Positions 40,293 to 50,076 of a stretch of DNA of 64,000 nucleotides are shown here, piece after piece (position 1 is the stretch's first letter; each line of letters opens with the position of its first letter). The notes beneath the pieces are model-generated. The model did not search any database and had not been told where the DNA came from. It was given only the letters and a program-made list of their open reading frames with translations. The position numbers and the translations under genes were made by a program. The stretch is from positions 32,001 to 96,000 of the forward strand of contig JBEKSS010000001.1 of assembly GCA_049516875.1 (NCBI GenBank), written 5' to 3'. This stretch comes from Candidatus Bathyarchaeia archaeon (GTDB lineage Archaea; Thermoproteota; Bathyarchaeia; Bathyarchaeales; Bathycorpusculaceae).

Positions 40293-42509
40293 ATGGTACG
40301 CTACAGGCAAGTTGAAGAAATTCAAAAGTTGATGAATTATCCGGAAATGATTAGGAACACAAGCATCATTGCTCACGTTGACCATGGCAAAACGACGTTA
40401 TCAGACAGTCTCTTGGCTGCGGCTGGAATAATAAGCGAACAGAGAGCAGGGCAGCAGCTTGCGCTTGACTCTTGGGAGCTTGAACAGAAGAGGCAGATGA
40501 CCGTTTTCGCTTCAAACATTAGCTTGGCTCACACTTACCAAGGAAAGGAATACTTGATAAACCTCATCGACACGCCAGGACACATTGATTTCAGCGGTGC
40601 AGTCACGAGAAGCCTCCGGGCCGTGGACGGCGCCCTCGTAGTGGTTGACGCTGTGGAGGGGCCTATGACTCAGACGGAAACTGTTTTGATGCAGGCGTTG
40701 CGCGAAAGGGTTAAGCCGATTCTTTTCATAAACAAGGTTGACAGGCTCATAAAAGAAATAAAATTGACGCCAGAAGACATCCAGAAGAAGTTCGCAAAAA
40801 TCATCACGCGGGTGAACACTCTCATCGAAAAGTATGCGCCGCCAGAGCACAAGAAGGACTGGCAGGTTAAGGTTGAAGACGGCGGCGTTGCCTTCGGTTC
40901 AGCCCTTCACAAGTGGGGTTTGAACCTGCCGCACATGAAAGCAAAAGGCGTGACATTCGTTGACATTATTGACGCTTACACGGGGGAACATGAGGAGGTT
41001 AACCAAAAGGTTGACGCCCTAAGCAAGAAGGCACCAGTGCAGGATCCTATCTTGGACATGTTTGTTGAACACTTGCCCAACCCGATAGAAGCTCAACCCT
41101 ACAGGCAGAGCCAGATTTGGCCTGGCGACCAGAACAGTGCCGTGGGCAAAGGGATGGCCAAGGTTGACCCTAACGGGCCAGTTCTAATGTGCGTTTCAAC
41201 GATTGAAGTTGACACTCACAGTGGAGTTGTTGCCATCGGACGTGTTTTCAGCGGCACGGTGGAAAAGGGAAAGCTTGTTCAACTCATAACTAGCCGCCAG
41301 AAAGGCACGATTCAACAGGTTTACATGAGTATGGCCGCCGACCGAGTGATAATCGAGAGAGTTCCCGCCGGAAACATTGCTGCCCTTTCAGGTTTGCCCT
41401 CTATCCACGTGGGCGAAACCGTTGCAGAAGACGGTGTGGAGACGCAGGCGTTTGAAGGGTTGAAGTATGTTTCAGACCCTGTGGTAACGGTGGCTGTTGA
41501 ACCTGCCGACGTTAAGGATTTGCCGCTTTTCGACAAGGTCATGCACAAGCTGACGACTGAAGACCCGAACCTGCACTTTTCGATAAACAAGGAAAGCGGG
41601 GAATACCTGCTGAGTGGCATGGGTGAACTTCACCTGGAAATCACGGCGTATCGCATGCAGGAAGCCAAACTGAAGGTGAACGTTAGCAAGCCCATCGTGA
41701 TATACCGAGAAACCATCAGTCATGACTATAAAGGTCCTGCGATTATGGGTAAAAGCCCCAACAAGCACAACAAGCTTTGGGTGACGATGGAGAAGCTGCC
41801 GGACGATGTGGTTGAAGCAATCAAGATGGGAAAAATCAGTGAAATGCAGACACGTGAGGAGAGACAGAAGATCCTCAAAGGGTTTGGCTGGTTGACAGAT
41901 GACGCGCGCAACGTCGTAGCCATTGAAGGCAACAACGTTCTTGTCAACAGGATCAAGGGAAGACAGTACGTTGAAGAAATAATGGATCATATAAAGTCCG
42001 GTTTCAGAGAAGCAGTGTTCACGTCAGTCTTGGCGAAGGAACCTGCGTACGGGTTGAAGATAAACTTGGAAGATGTCACGGTTCACGAAGACCCAGTGCA
42101 CCGCGGACCAGCGCAGATACTGCCCATGACTTGGCGTCCAATATGGTGCGCTTTTCTACTCAGCGACCCGAGGCTTCTTGAGCCGCTGATAAGCTTTGAG
42201 TGCAAGGTTCCGAACACGTTTGTGAGCGGCGTCATAGCCATAGTTCAAAAACGCCGAGGCAAAATATTAGACATGACAAACGAGGAAGACATGATAATCG
42301 TCAAAGCAGAGATGCCGGTTTCTGAATCGTTCGGTATAGCTGATGAACTGCGATCCTCGACCGAGGGCAGAGCGTTCTGGGCTACACAGTTCAGCCGCTG
42401 GGCCCCGGTTCCAGAGCAAATGAAAGACGAAATAATAAAGCAGATACGCGAACGCAGAGGCCTACCACCGACACCGCCGAGACCTGAAGAATTCTTCGAA
42501 GACGCATAG
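40293..42509 (+). CDS. fusA: Elongation factor 2
   Basis: AHVDHGKTT, DTPGH, NKVD, GMGELHLE, HEDPVHRGPAQ. Confidence 0.97.
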   Translation: MVRYRQVEEIQKLMNYPEMIRNTSIIAHVDHGKTTLSDSLLAAAGIISEQRAGQQLALDSWELEQKRQMTVFASNISLAHTYQGKEYLINLIDTPGHIDFSGAVTRSLRAVDGALVVVDAVEGPMTQTETVLMQALRERVKPILFINKVDRLIKEIKLTPEDIQKKFAKIITRVNTLIEKYAPPEHKKDWQVKVEDGGVAFGSALHKWGLNLPHMKAKGVTFVDIIDAYTGEHEEVNQKVDALSKKAPVQDPILDMFVEHLPNPIEAQPYRQSQIWPGDQNSAVGKGMAKVDPNGPVLMCVSTIEVDTHSGVVAIGRVFSGTVEKGKLVQLITSRQKGTIQQVYMSMAADRVIIERVPAGNIAALSGLPSIHVGETVAEDGVETQAFEGLKYVSDPVVTVAVEPADVKDLPLFDKVMHKLTTEDPNLHFSINKESGEYLLSGMGELHLEITAYRMQEAKLKVNVSKPIVIYRETISHDYKGPAIMGKSPNKHNKLWVTMEKLPDDVVEAIKMGKISEMQTREERQKILKGFGWLTDDARNVVAIEGNNVLVNRIKGRQYVEEIMDHIKSGFREAVFTSVLAKEPAYGLKINLEDVTVHEDPVHRGPAQILPMTWRPIWCAFLLSDPRLLEPLISFECKVPNTFVSGVIAIVQKRRGKILDMTNEEDMIIVKAEMPVSESFGIADELRSSTEGRAFWATQFSRWAPVPEQMKDEIIKQIRERRGLPPTPPRPEEFFEDA

Positions 42510-42618
42510 AACCAAAGCAGACCACGCCCTTCTTTTCGGCGCCTATTTTTCCCATTTTTCATTTAATCTTCAGCAAGCTTTATTGATTTTCACAGTCATA
42601 GGACTCTGATGAATTATC

Positions 42619-43224
42619 ATGATACTTGGCATTTGCGGGAGTCCAAGAAAACAGGCGACTGAGCACGTTTTAGGAGAAGCCTTGAACATATTGGAAAAAA
42701 TGGGTTTTGAAACAGAACTCTTCACGGTCAGAGGCAAGAACATCGGGTTCTGTCAGCACTGTGACTACTGCTTGAGAAACAAGGAGTGCAAGCTGAAGGA
42801 CGACATGTACATCCTTTATCCATTGCTCAGAAAGACGGAGGCGCTGGTGATAGCGACGCCAGTTTACAACGGCGGAGTGAGCGCTCAGACAAAAACCGTA
42901 ATGGATAGGTGCAGGGCTCTGTTTGCCGATGACAGGAACGTGTTGAGGTATAAAGCTGGCATGGCCATCGCAGTCGGCGGGGACAGAGCTGGAGGACAGG
43001 AGTTGGCAATTCAGCAGATCATGACTTTCTACGTCTTGAACGGCGTCATTCCTGTCAGCGGCGGTCCATTCGGAGCAAACTTGGGAGCAACTTTTTGGTC
43101 CAAGGACACTTTGAAAGATGTGAAACAGGATGAAGAAGGATTCAAGACTTTGAAAAAGACTGTGAAGAGATTCTCTGACCTTGTGAAACATAATGAGAGT
43201 AAGAAAAGAGCTCAAAATGTGTGA
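42619..43224 (+). CDS. Iron-sulfur flavoprotein / flavodoxin family
   Basis: GSPR, CQHCDYC...C, TPVY, GGQE. Confidence 0.9.
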   Translation: MILGICGSPRKQATEHVLGEALNILEKMGFETELFTVRGKNIGFCQHCDYCLRNKECKLKDDMYILYPLLRKTEALVIATPVYNGGVSAQTKTVMDRCRALFADDRNVLRYKAGMAIAVGGDRAGGQELAIQQIMTFYVLNGVIPVSGGPFGANLGATFWSKDTLKDVKQDEEGFKTLKKTVKRFSDLVKHNESKKRAQNV

Positions 43225-43823
43225 TTATGACCGAAGAGTTGGCAAGAGCTGAGAAGAAGAGGAAAGTTGCGTGGGGAATCACGGGCAGCGGAGACAGATT
43301 GCCCGAAACAATCGGCACTATGAAAAAGATGAAAGAAGAGTATCATAATGAGGTCGATGTAAGAGTTTTTCTTTCGAAGGCAGGAGAACAGGTCGTCAAA
43401 TGGTATAGGCTTTATGACCAGTTGAAACAGCATTTTGAAAAGGTCTGTGTTGAACTTAACTCTAACTCGCCGTTTCTTGCTGGTGACCTGGAACTCGGGA
43501 AATTTGAATTCTTGTTGATTGCTCCCGCGACGTCGAACACCGTGGCAAAAATTGCGGCAGGAATAACTGACACATTGCTCTGCAACTCAGCAATCATGGC
43601 TTTGAAAGGCTTCCTTCCAGTCTACATCATGCCCAGCGATTACAAGGAAGGAACAGTGGTCACAAGGCTTCCCAACGGAAAGGATCTCAAGCTGAGAATA
43701 AGGAGAGAAGACGCAGAAAATACAAGAAAGCTCTCCCTTATGGAAAATATGTTCGTGCTTGAAAAACCCGAAGACATCTGTGAGGTTTTCAGGAAGCATT
43801 TCAACACGAAAAAGCAGAAATGA
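43221..43823 (+). CDS. afpA: Archaeoflavoprotein AfpA
   Basis: VAWGITGSG, NSNSPFLAG, PATSNTVAKI, LKLRIRRED. Confidence 0.85.
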   Translation: MIMTEELARAEKKRKVAWGITGSGDRLPETIGTMKKMKEEYHNEVDVRVFLSKAGEQVVKWYRLYDQLKQHFEKVCVELNSNSPFLAGDLELGKFEFLLIAPATSNTVAKIAAGITDTLLCNSAIMALKGFLPVYIMPSDYKEGTVVTRLPNGKDLKLRIRREDAENTRKLSLMENMFVLEKPEDICEVFRKHFNTKKQK

Positions 43824-43832
43824 GAGCTGAGC

Positions 43833-44111
43833 GTGAGACCAATGAACTTTGGACTGCTCATCGTTCCACTGGTTGCTGGGATGCTGTTTGGCTACTTCTT
43901 GCGTGAAAAGAGGAGGGTCAATCTTGGCAAACTCACGTTTGGAATAATCTTGGTATTGATATTTTCCCTTGGTTTTGGCATAGGCTCAAACAGTGAATTG
44001 CTGAATTCGCTGCCCGAGGTCGGCTTAAGCGCCGTCGTGATTGCTTCGCTCGCCATAGTGTTCAGCGTCATCCTTGTCAAAGCAGTTAAAAGAACGGCTG
44101 GTCTAGAATGA
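43833..44111 (+). CDS. LysO family exporter, N-terminal subunit
   Basis: 3 TM, LIFSLGFGIGSN. Confidence 0.7.
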   Translation: MRPMNFGLLIVPLVAGMLFGYFLREKRRVNLGKLTFGIILVLIFSLGFGIGSNSELLNSLPEVGLSAVVIASLAIVFSVILVKAVKRTAGLE

Positions 44112-44716
44112 TAAAATACATCTTAGCTACGTTACTGCTTGGAGGAGTCGCAGGCTATCTGGACGCGAATTGGGCGAGTGTCGTCAATAGTGCTTGGGTT
44201 TCCGATTATTTGCTGAATGCCTCACTCATGCTGCTGTTGTTTGTTATGGGAGTAGCCCTTGCTATGGACAAGGACTCCATTGCGAAGATAAGGCTGAGAG
44301 GACTCCGGATCTTGATTGTTCCCTTAGCAATTGCGTTGGGCACCATTCTTGGCGGTGTGGTCAGCGCGCTGATACTTGGCATTAACGTGGTTGCGACGAC
44401 CGCGGTAAGCGCAGGGTATGGCTGGTACACGTTGACAGGCCCGCTCGTGGGCCAGATTTTCGGAGCAAAGTGGGGAGCACTCGGCTTTGCCGCGAACTTC
44501 CTGAGAGAACTGTTGACCATAATCACCGTTTCTTTGATGGTTAAAGTTGACAAGTACGCGCCAACTGCATCAGGCGGCGCAACAGCCATGGACACAACAC
44601 TGCCAATCATCGTGCGTTACTGCGGCTCTGACACGCTGATCACAGCGTTTTCAAGCGGCTTTGTACTAACCATGATAGCTCCTTTCACAATAATGGCAAT
44701 AGCCTCGCTAGGCTGA
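44108..44716 (+). CDS. LysO (DUF340) family exporter
   Basis: GYGWYTLTG, NFLRE, GGATAMDTTLP. Confidence 0.88.
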   Translation: MIKYILATLLLGGVAGYLDANWASVVNSAWVSDYLLNASLMLLLFVMGVALAMDKDSIAKIRLRGLRILIVPLAIALGTILGGVVSALILGINVVATTAVSAGYGWYTLTGPLVGQIFGAKWGALGFAANFLRELLTIITVSLMVKVDKYAPTASGGATAMDTTLPIIVRYCGSDTLITAFSSGFVLTMIAPFTIMAIASLG

Positions 44717-44843
44717 GTTCCCTCCCAGACACCGTTAACTTATTCTTCATGATGTTATGATTCGCATCGAGGAAATTGGTCTAGTGACTCGGTGAATCTG
44801 GCAGGTGTTTTTGATTGTTGTGCTATCTTCTAGCGCGCATGCT

Positions 44844-44952
44844 TGTTCCTAAATTCGTTTGCGACATATCTCGTACTTCTCTCTTCATAGTACGTTCCAT
44901 TAGAGAGGCACACAACTCAACCCTGCCACACATTAAGAAAGGAATTTAGGAA
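44844..44952. mobile_element. 111-bp MITE, copy B (inverted, last 2 nt lost)
   Basis: 109 nt identical to reverse complement of 22007-22115. Confidence 0.85.
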
Positions 44953-45040
44953 ATCCATTCCCATGAAGTCGAAGGAACAATTTCAGTCTTCTAGTGTCCC
45001 CGCTTATTATAAATACTAGTTATAGCAAGGAATACTAGGG

Positions 45041-45382
45041 ATGTTTTTGACCAGATTCTTGGCATTGTGGCATGAGAACCCGTTAGCACCATGGCCTAAG
45101 GATCCCGCTGAGCTTTCAAAATTGAGAGAAAAAATGTGGGACGGTATAGACAACCTCCTGAAGAAGGGCGAAATCAAAGAGTTCGGCTTCTTTCTGGACG
45201 GAACATCAGGATACGCAATTGGCGAAAAAGATTCAGAAACTACTTTCAGAAACATAAGCATGTTCTTGCCCTACTACGTTTCGAGCGTACATGAAATAAT
45301 ACCCTACGAGAAAGGCAAGGAAATCTTGGGGACTCTCTGGAAAGCTCAATCGAAGATGTTGCACGGGCAAAGTCAACGATAG
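45041..45382 (+). CDS. Hypothetical protein
   Basis: 113 aa ORF with TATA-like TTATAAA upstream. Confidence 0.65.
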   Translation: MFLTRFLALWHENPLAPWPKDPAELSKLREKMWDGIDNLLKKGEIKEFGFFLDGTSGYAIGEKDSETTFRNISMFLPYYVSSVHEIIPYEKGKEILGTLWKAQSKMLHGQSQR

Positions 45383-45601
45383 CTGTCATCCGCAGACGTG
45401 ACTAGTCAAACAAATCTCATCTCTCTTTTTCTATAACCTGATCTTGTTGCTTTATTCCAGCATAGGAATAAGCCGAGCACTTCAAGATTCGATGAGAAAA
45501 GAAACCTTGAAACAGATGAGACTAGAGCGTGCGCTCTTCTGCGACCTTTTCTGAAGTTCATCTTTAACGCGTTGTGGCTTTGAGTTTTGCAATAGATTGA
45601 T

Positions 45602-45850
45602 TCAGAAGTTTCCGCGAGCGCGAGCAAGTTTGTACTTTCTATCTGATTCGTCGATTGAGTGATCGCGATCGATGGACGCTTGCTTGATATAGTTGTGTTC
45701 GCTTAGGTAGGCCATCACGATTGATCTGACTATTTCTGCGTCTTCTGTTCCAAAGCCTTTCAATGACCGGATAATATTCATCTGGTCTTCGTCGAAAGTC
45801 ACATTAACTGATTTGTGCGAGTTTGCGCTTTGATCAATCGCATTTGTCAT
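45602..45850 (-). CDS. Ribbon-helix-helix (CopG-like) protein
   Basis: SVNVTF...LKGFGTEDAEIVRSIVMAYLSE. Confidence 0.7.
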   Translation of the reverse strand: MTNAIDQSANSHKSVNVTFDEDQMNIIRSLKGFGTEDAEIVRSIVMAYLSEHNYIKQASIDRDHSIDESDRKYKLARARGNF

Positions 45851-46016
45851 CTATTCTTTCATCTCCATGCTTTTTCATGTATTCTTTGATAGCCCTGGTC
45901 GTTTCTTCGCTTACTCTCCGGCTTGATCCGTGCTTCTGAATGACAAAGAGCAACCATTGTTTCCAAGTGCCTTCGTCCATGTTTACGCTGGTCTTCTTTT
46001 TCGGCATGTCGGTCAT
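45834..46016 (-). CDS. Small RHH-like protein
   Basis: KKKTSVNMDEGTWKQW...VSEETTRAIKEYMKKH. Confidence 0.6.
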   Translation of the reverse strand: MTDMPKKKTSVNMDEGTWKQWLLFVIQKHGSSRRVSEETTRAIKEYMKKHGDERIDDKCD

Positions 46017-46145
46017 GTTTACCGTTATACCTTTATAAGTCTGCCCTTTTATGGCTTGATGAAGCATAAAATGTGAATGGGCTATTGCCAACAGGTTTAT
46101 TTTGGAAAAGACACTATTGACGATTGAAGGGTGAGGTGACAAAAC

Positions 46146-46259
46146 ATGGGTGGAGGAAGGAATACACGTAGAAAAGTCGTCGAGAGCGCTCGCCGTGACA
46201 AAGCGAAGGGTCATCAAACGAGAAGAGCTCGCGGGGGAAAGAAACAGAAGAGAAGGTAG
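46146..46259 (+). CDS. Basic microprotein (37 aa), paralog of 23549-23647
   Basis: MGGGRNTRRKVVESARRDKAKGHQTRRARGGKKQKRR; GAGGTGA SD. Confidence 0.7.
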   Translation: MGGGRNTRRKVVESARRDKAKGHQTRRARGGKKQKRR

Positions 46260-46410
46260 AGAAGCGATCTTGGGCAGCTCATCCTTGTAAGGTACGCTTA
46301 CGATGTATATATGAGGAAAGGCACGCCGATAAGTTATTGCAATATTCTGCTTTTGCTTAGAAATGGCATGTTTTGCCTCAGAGGTTACAAACACATAAAA
46401 AATAAGAAGG

Positions 46411-46806
46411 TTGTCTGGTAGAAACCATTCCACATTTAACATAGCAGCGGAAATTCTGAGAGAGTTGCGGGAACCAACTGGCGTTACGAATACCATATCC
46501 AATTGTAATATGAGCTTCAAACAGTCAGGGTATTACTTGAGTTTCATGAAGTCAAGCGATATTATCCAGACAGACGTAATAACGGGAAGAGTGAAGTATT
46601 GTAGAACAGAAGCTGGACAGAAGTTTCTAGAAACCTATGACAAGATGATTCTGTTACTAGATCCTGGTTTTTTTCCCGCGCTGCCCAATGTAACAACGAG
46701 CACGCGCTGCAACACGATGGTTGGTTGGGGTAAAGTTTTATCCCCAAACCCAAAAAAAGAAGTATATACCATTTTTAGCCATTTTAGGGACAAGCCAGCG
46801 CGCTAA
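46411..46806 (+). CDS. Winged-helix regulator (HTH_45-like); tail runs through boundary site 5
   Basis: RNHSTFNIAAEIL...NCNMSFKQSGYYL...YCRTEAGQKFL. Confidence 0.7.
   Translation: MSGRNHSTFNIAAEILRELREPTGVTNTISNCNMSFKQSGYYLSFMKSSDIIQTDVITGRVKYCRTEAGQKFLETYDKMILLLDPGFFPALPNVTTSTRCNTMVGWGKVLSPNPKKEVYTIFSHFRDKPAR
46727..46745 (+). repeat. Palindromic boundary site 5
   Basis: GGGGTAAAGTTTTATCCCC (consensus). Confidence 0.92.
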
Positions 46807-46853
46807 CATAAAAAGCCTATATGAAAGTTTTCGATAACATATGATAGGTCTAC

Positions 46854-47279
46854 ATGGGTGTGGTGTTCATGGCTGAGTCCAAGATTAGACTCTATTTGAA
46901 AAGCGTCAAAACTGTGACGGGGACCGTCGAGATAGAACGCGAGTATATACCCCGACCCCGCCTTCCGCCCACGGTAAAAACAGAACCAAAACACGAGTAC
47001 ATACTTCCCGAGGACCAACAGAAAGCAACTCAAATGGTCAAGAGTATCGCTTCCAAGTATGGTTTAAAAGTTGAAGTTGTTGATGTGACGAGGGAAAATG
47101 TCTTTCGCAGAGAAATACAGAAAGAACGAGAAAAAATAAGGATTTTCCCAACTTTGATTGTGAGTTCTGAGGAGAGAATTGAAGGCAACATAACAGAGCA
47201 GCAAGTTGAAGAGCTTCTTTCTGGCACTCATTCTTCTGATACGCACCAACGTGACAAAAGAACTATGGGTTTGGGGTAA
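46854..47279 (+). CDS. Hypothetical thioredoxin-fold-like protein; stop codon inside site 6
   Basis: VEVVDVT...FPTLIV...RIEG; ends GGT TTG GGG TAA. Confidence 0.65.
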   Translation: MGVVFMAESKIRLYLKSVKTVTGTVEIEREYIPRPRLPPTVKTEPKHEYILPEDQQKATQMVKSIASKYGLKVEVVDVTRENVFRREIQKEREKIRIFPTLIVSSEERIEGNITEQQVEELLSGTHSSDTHQRDKRTMGLG

Positions 47280-47290
47280 AGTTTTGTCTC
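47273..47290 (+). repeat. Palindromic boundary site 6
   Basis: GGGGTAAAGTTTTGTCTC. Confidence 0.8.
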
Positions 47291-47350
47291 ATTTTCGCTC
47301 TGATGGCTGAACTCCTCTTGTCTCGCTGCTTTGAACTCTTGTTTTCTCAT

Positions 47351-47749
47351 CTAGCGCTTGTCTTCATTGACCAGTTTCCGTCTTTCCCCGCGAAGCCAAT
47401 CATAACCAATCAACCAAGTTATAAGAGCGACAGCCAGTTGAATTCCGATAAGCAGGAACCCAAATGAGCCAGACGATGTCAATAGGCTATAATCTAGAAA
47501 CAGGAAGCTTGTCCTTTCGACAAGTTCGTAAAATATGCCGAAGTATATTGGAAAGAACAGTATCAAGGACCATGCAGCTAGGGTTGCTCTCCAACTTCTT
47601 CTCAGCCTGAGCAGCACATAGGAAGTTCCCAGACCAATTAGTGCGGGAAAAAAGAACAGTGCAACATTGAACCATACGAAAATCCAGATTGCGCCTGAGC
47701 CTATACCAGCCTGACGTTCAGATAGCAGCATCAATGTTGTTATGGGCAC
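47351..47749 (-). CDS. Hypothetical membrane protein
   Basis: Three hydrophobic segments; start uncertain. Confidence 0.55.
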   Translation of the reverse strand: MPITTLMLLSERQAGIGSGAIWIFVWFNVALFFFPALIGLGTSYVLLRLRRSWRATLAAWSLILFFPIYFGIFYELVERTSFLFLDYSLLTSSGSFGFLLIGIQLAVALITWLIGYDWLRGERRKLVNEDKR

Positions 47750-47832
47750 AATCGTTTCGAACCCTCTTTCTCTTCGTATGATTTCCTATTGCACCCCTTA
47801 TGACTTGTGGAAGAATCGGGATGGTGGTGGTT

Positions 47833-47851
47833 GGGGTAAAGTTTTATCCCC
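47833..47851 (+). repeat. Palindromic boundary site 7
   Basis: GGGGTAAAGTTTTATCCCC (consensus). Confidence 0.92.
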
Positions 47852-48319
47852 AAACCAAACATTTTTTGCAGTGACGACGGACGACGACGAACGCATAGCG
47901 ATTTACTGAGGAGTTCTAGCGCGCTCTAGTGAAACAAATAGAGATGCGCCGATATTATTCAGGTTCTTGATTAGAAGGCGTACCGTGCACAAGAATTCTT
48001 TTGCAAATTAAGGGGAAAGGAACCCTTTGTGCACGGCACATCCTAAAAGGATTAAATGATACAACCAATTTAAGCCTTGTTCACACAAAACCTTCATGAA
48101 ACCCTCAAATGTGTGCTAGATAGCGAAAACTCGTTTCTTTTGAAAGATACGGATGTATAGCGCGCGCTAAAGACGGAAAGAAAGTTTCTGTTGTTGTTAA
48201 GAAGACTAGATACCTTGCAAATCTTGAAGAACTTCGAAAGGTTCTTGATGGTAGAAAAAGCTATACTTGCATTCTTGGACCTTCTGAAACAAAGAAAACT
48301 GAGGAAGTGAATGTAAAAA

Positions 48320-48520
48320 ATGAGAGATAAGAAACATAGAAGGAAACGTGTTAAGACTATTAATCTTGACACCTTCACAGGTCATAGGCTACTGTATTGG
48401 ATTGGAATGCAACGTAACAGTCTAGAGGTTAAGAGGTTTATCGCTGAGTATTTTAGAAGGAAATTTCCAGAGGATTCTTTCTGGATTCCAATTTTGAAGA
48501 GGAAAGGTTTAATCAGTTGA
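48320..48520 (+). CDS. Small basic hypothetical protein
   Basis: 66 aa ATG ORF; 3' end duplicated nearby. Confidence 0.4.
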   Translation: MRDKKHRRKRVKTINLDTFTGHRLLYWIGMQRNSLEVKRFIAEYFRRKFPEDSFWIPILKRKGLIS

Positions 48521-48742
48521 GCAAAAACAGGAATAGTCAGCAGGAGAGAGACACATGAAAAACTGTGACACTTGTCGCCATTACAAAGAGCATAATTGGA
48601 GACTTTGCCGTAAAAGAGATTATCCGCTTCATTGTTGGGAAGCTGAATCAGTTGAGCAAAAACAGGAATAGTCAACAAAGGTATTACGACCGTACAGAAG
48701 GAAATTTCCAGAGGATTCTTTCTGGATTCCAATTTTGAAGAG
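48455..48742 (+). repeat. Permuted direct duplication A-B...B-A
   Basis: 47 bp at 48455-48501 = 48696-48742; 29 bp at 48511-48539 = 48646-48674. Confidence 0.85.
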
Positions 48743-48810
48743 AAGAGGTTTGATCTGGTCGTTTCGTCGTCGTCAGTCGTTTTTGTTTCATTTGATTCGT
48801 TTGGGTTTTG

Positions 48811-48826
48811 GGGGTAAAGTTTTATC
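48811..48826 (+). repeat. Palindromic boundary site 8
   Basis: GGGGTAAAGTTTTATC. Confidence 0.88.
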
Positions 48827-49030
48827 AAACCCAACCCAAACCCATTTACGCTCTCAACTATCCTCACTCTCACTTACACTCACTCAGCGCGCGCTAGTAT
48901 TTGGTTGAGCGGATCAATTTTGGAATAATAATTGGTCGATGCAGCTAGTACCGTGAGTCAAATTTAAATCAACTCGAAATAAACACTGGTTGAGTAAGGA
49001 GCGTTCCATTTGACAATCAGGTGAGAAAAC

Positions 49031-49762
49031 ATGATCGACTCATTATTCCATCTCTCATTAGGTGAGGGAACATTAGTCGGCTTTTCGGCAGGTATCTTAT
49101 GCGTGCTTCTAAGCTATCTACTTATAATCTTCAGAAAGAAACGAATTGCTCGATTTTTCTTCCGCGATATGATAACCATTGTTGGTCTAGGTGTTATATT
49201 GCCGGTATTGTGGGTAAAGGCAAACGGTCTCTCTTTCAATGAATTCGGGTTGCCTGGAGAAAATTGGCTATGGGCTACATTTGCAAACATGATATTGGCG
49301 TTTTCATTGGCCACGATTTTCTATTTTGAAGCGAAGAAAAAGGGTCAGAGACCTGTTTTTTCTGGCAAATATGGAACGATTTTCTATTTGACGATAGGGG
49401 TGCTTTTTGAGACTTTGTTCTTCTATAGCTTCTTGAGACAGCTTTTTGAGCAGACCTTTGGCATAATCCCCGCGCTTTTGCTGACTTCGGTCTTTTACAG
49501 CTTGCATCACATTGGCTTAGAGGAACAAATGAAGGGCACAACGCCCGCTCAGGAGTTGAGAAAACTCTTTTTTGTAGGTCTTCTTTATTCCACCACATTC
49601 AGAATTTTCAACTCTGCTCTCGCAATTTTCCCATTTTTCATTGGTGTCGGAGTGATTTCTGATCTGATCGTTGAAAAGCAAAGTGAGCCTCTTTCGTGGA
49701 AAATCGCTCTTCTATCATTTTTCCTAATGATAGCAAGCGCGCTAATCATAATCAACCTTTGA
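49031..49762 (+). CDS. CPBP/Abi (CAAX protease-like) membrane protein
   Basis: FETLFFYSFL, FYSLHH; multi-TM; motifs degenerate. Confidence 0.7.
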   Translation: MIDSLFHLSLGEGTLVGFSAGILCVLLSYLLIIFRKKRIARFFFRDMITIVGLGVILPVLWVKANGLSFNEFGLPGENWLWATFANMILAFSLATIFYFEAKKKGQRPVFSGKYGTIFYLTIGVLFETLFFYSFLRQLFEQTFGIIPALLLTSVFYSLHHIGLEEQMKGTTPAQELRKLFFVGLLYSTTFRIFNSALAIFPFFIGVGVISDLIVEKQSEPLSWKIALLSFFLMIASALIIINL

Positions 49763-50027
49763 TCAAAAGAAAAGTGAACGTCTATTGGCGCGCGCTCTGT
49801 TATGAGGGGTACATTTTTGTGCTTTTCTGACCCCTCGTTGCATCAACTCACTATCCTATCCTTATTCTGTTCCAGTGGTATCCAGATGTGTCCTGAATCA
49901 GGTGTCCAGTCTTTAGCCTCCCATTGGAAGCATATGGATAGTTGTCCGTTAACCGTCGTCCGTCGTGGTCGTCGTCGTGGTTCGTGGTCGTCGTCCGTCC
50001 GTCGTCCGTCGTCGTCCGTGGTTGGTT

Positions 50028-50045
50028 GGATAAAACTTTACCTCC
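50028..50045 (-). repeat. Palindromic boundary site 9
   Basis: GGATAAAACTTTACCTCC. Confidence 0.85.
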
Positions 50046-50076
50046 TTCCTTCCGTCAGTGCGCGCTTTCTTTGAAA

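Noticed and set aside
40293-42600. Non-canonical EF-2, or EF-2 as casposon target
   Set aside because: The diphthamide loop HRGPAQ is canonical, and there is no boundary site or duplication at the 3' end.
43833-44716. Split LysO as a pseudogene
   Set aside because: Both parts have clean starts and a 4-nt overlap; a two-gene form is plausible.
46720-46752. Boundary site as a canonical Xer dif site
   Set aside because: TAA and TTA are 4 bp apart rather than the usual 6 bp; a non-canonical recombinase site remains possible.
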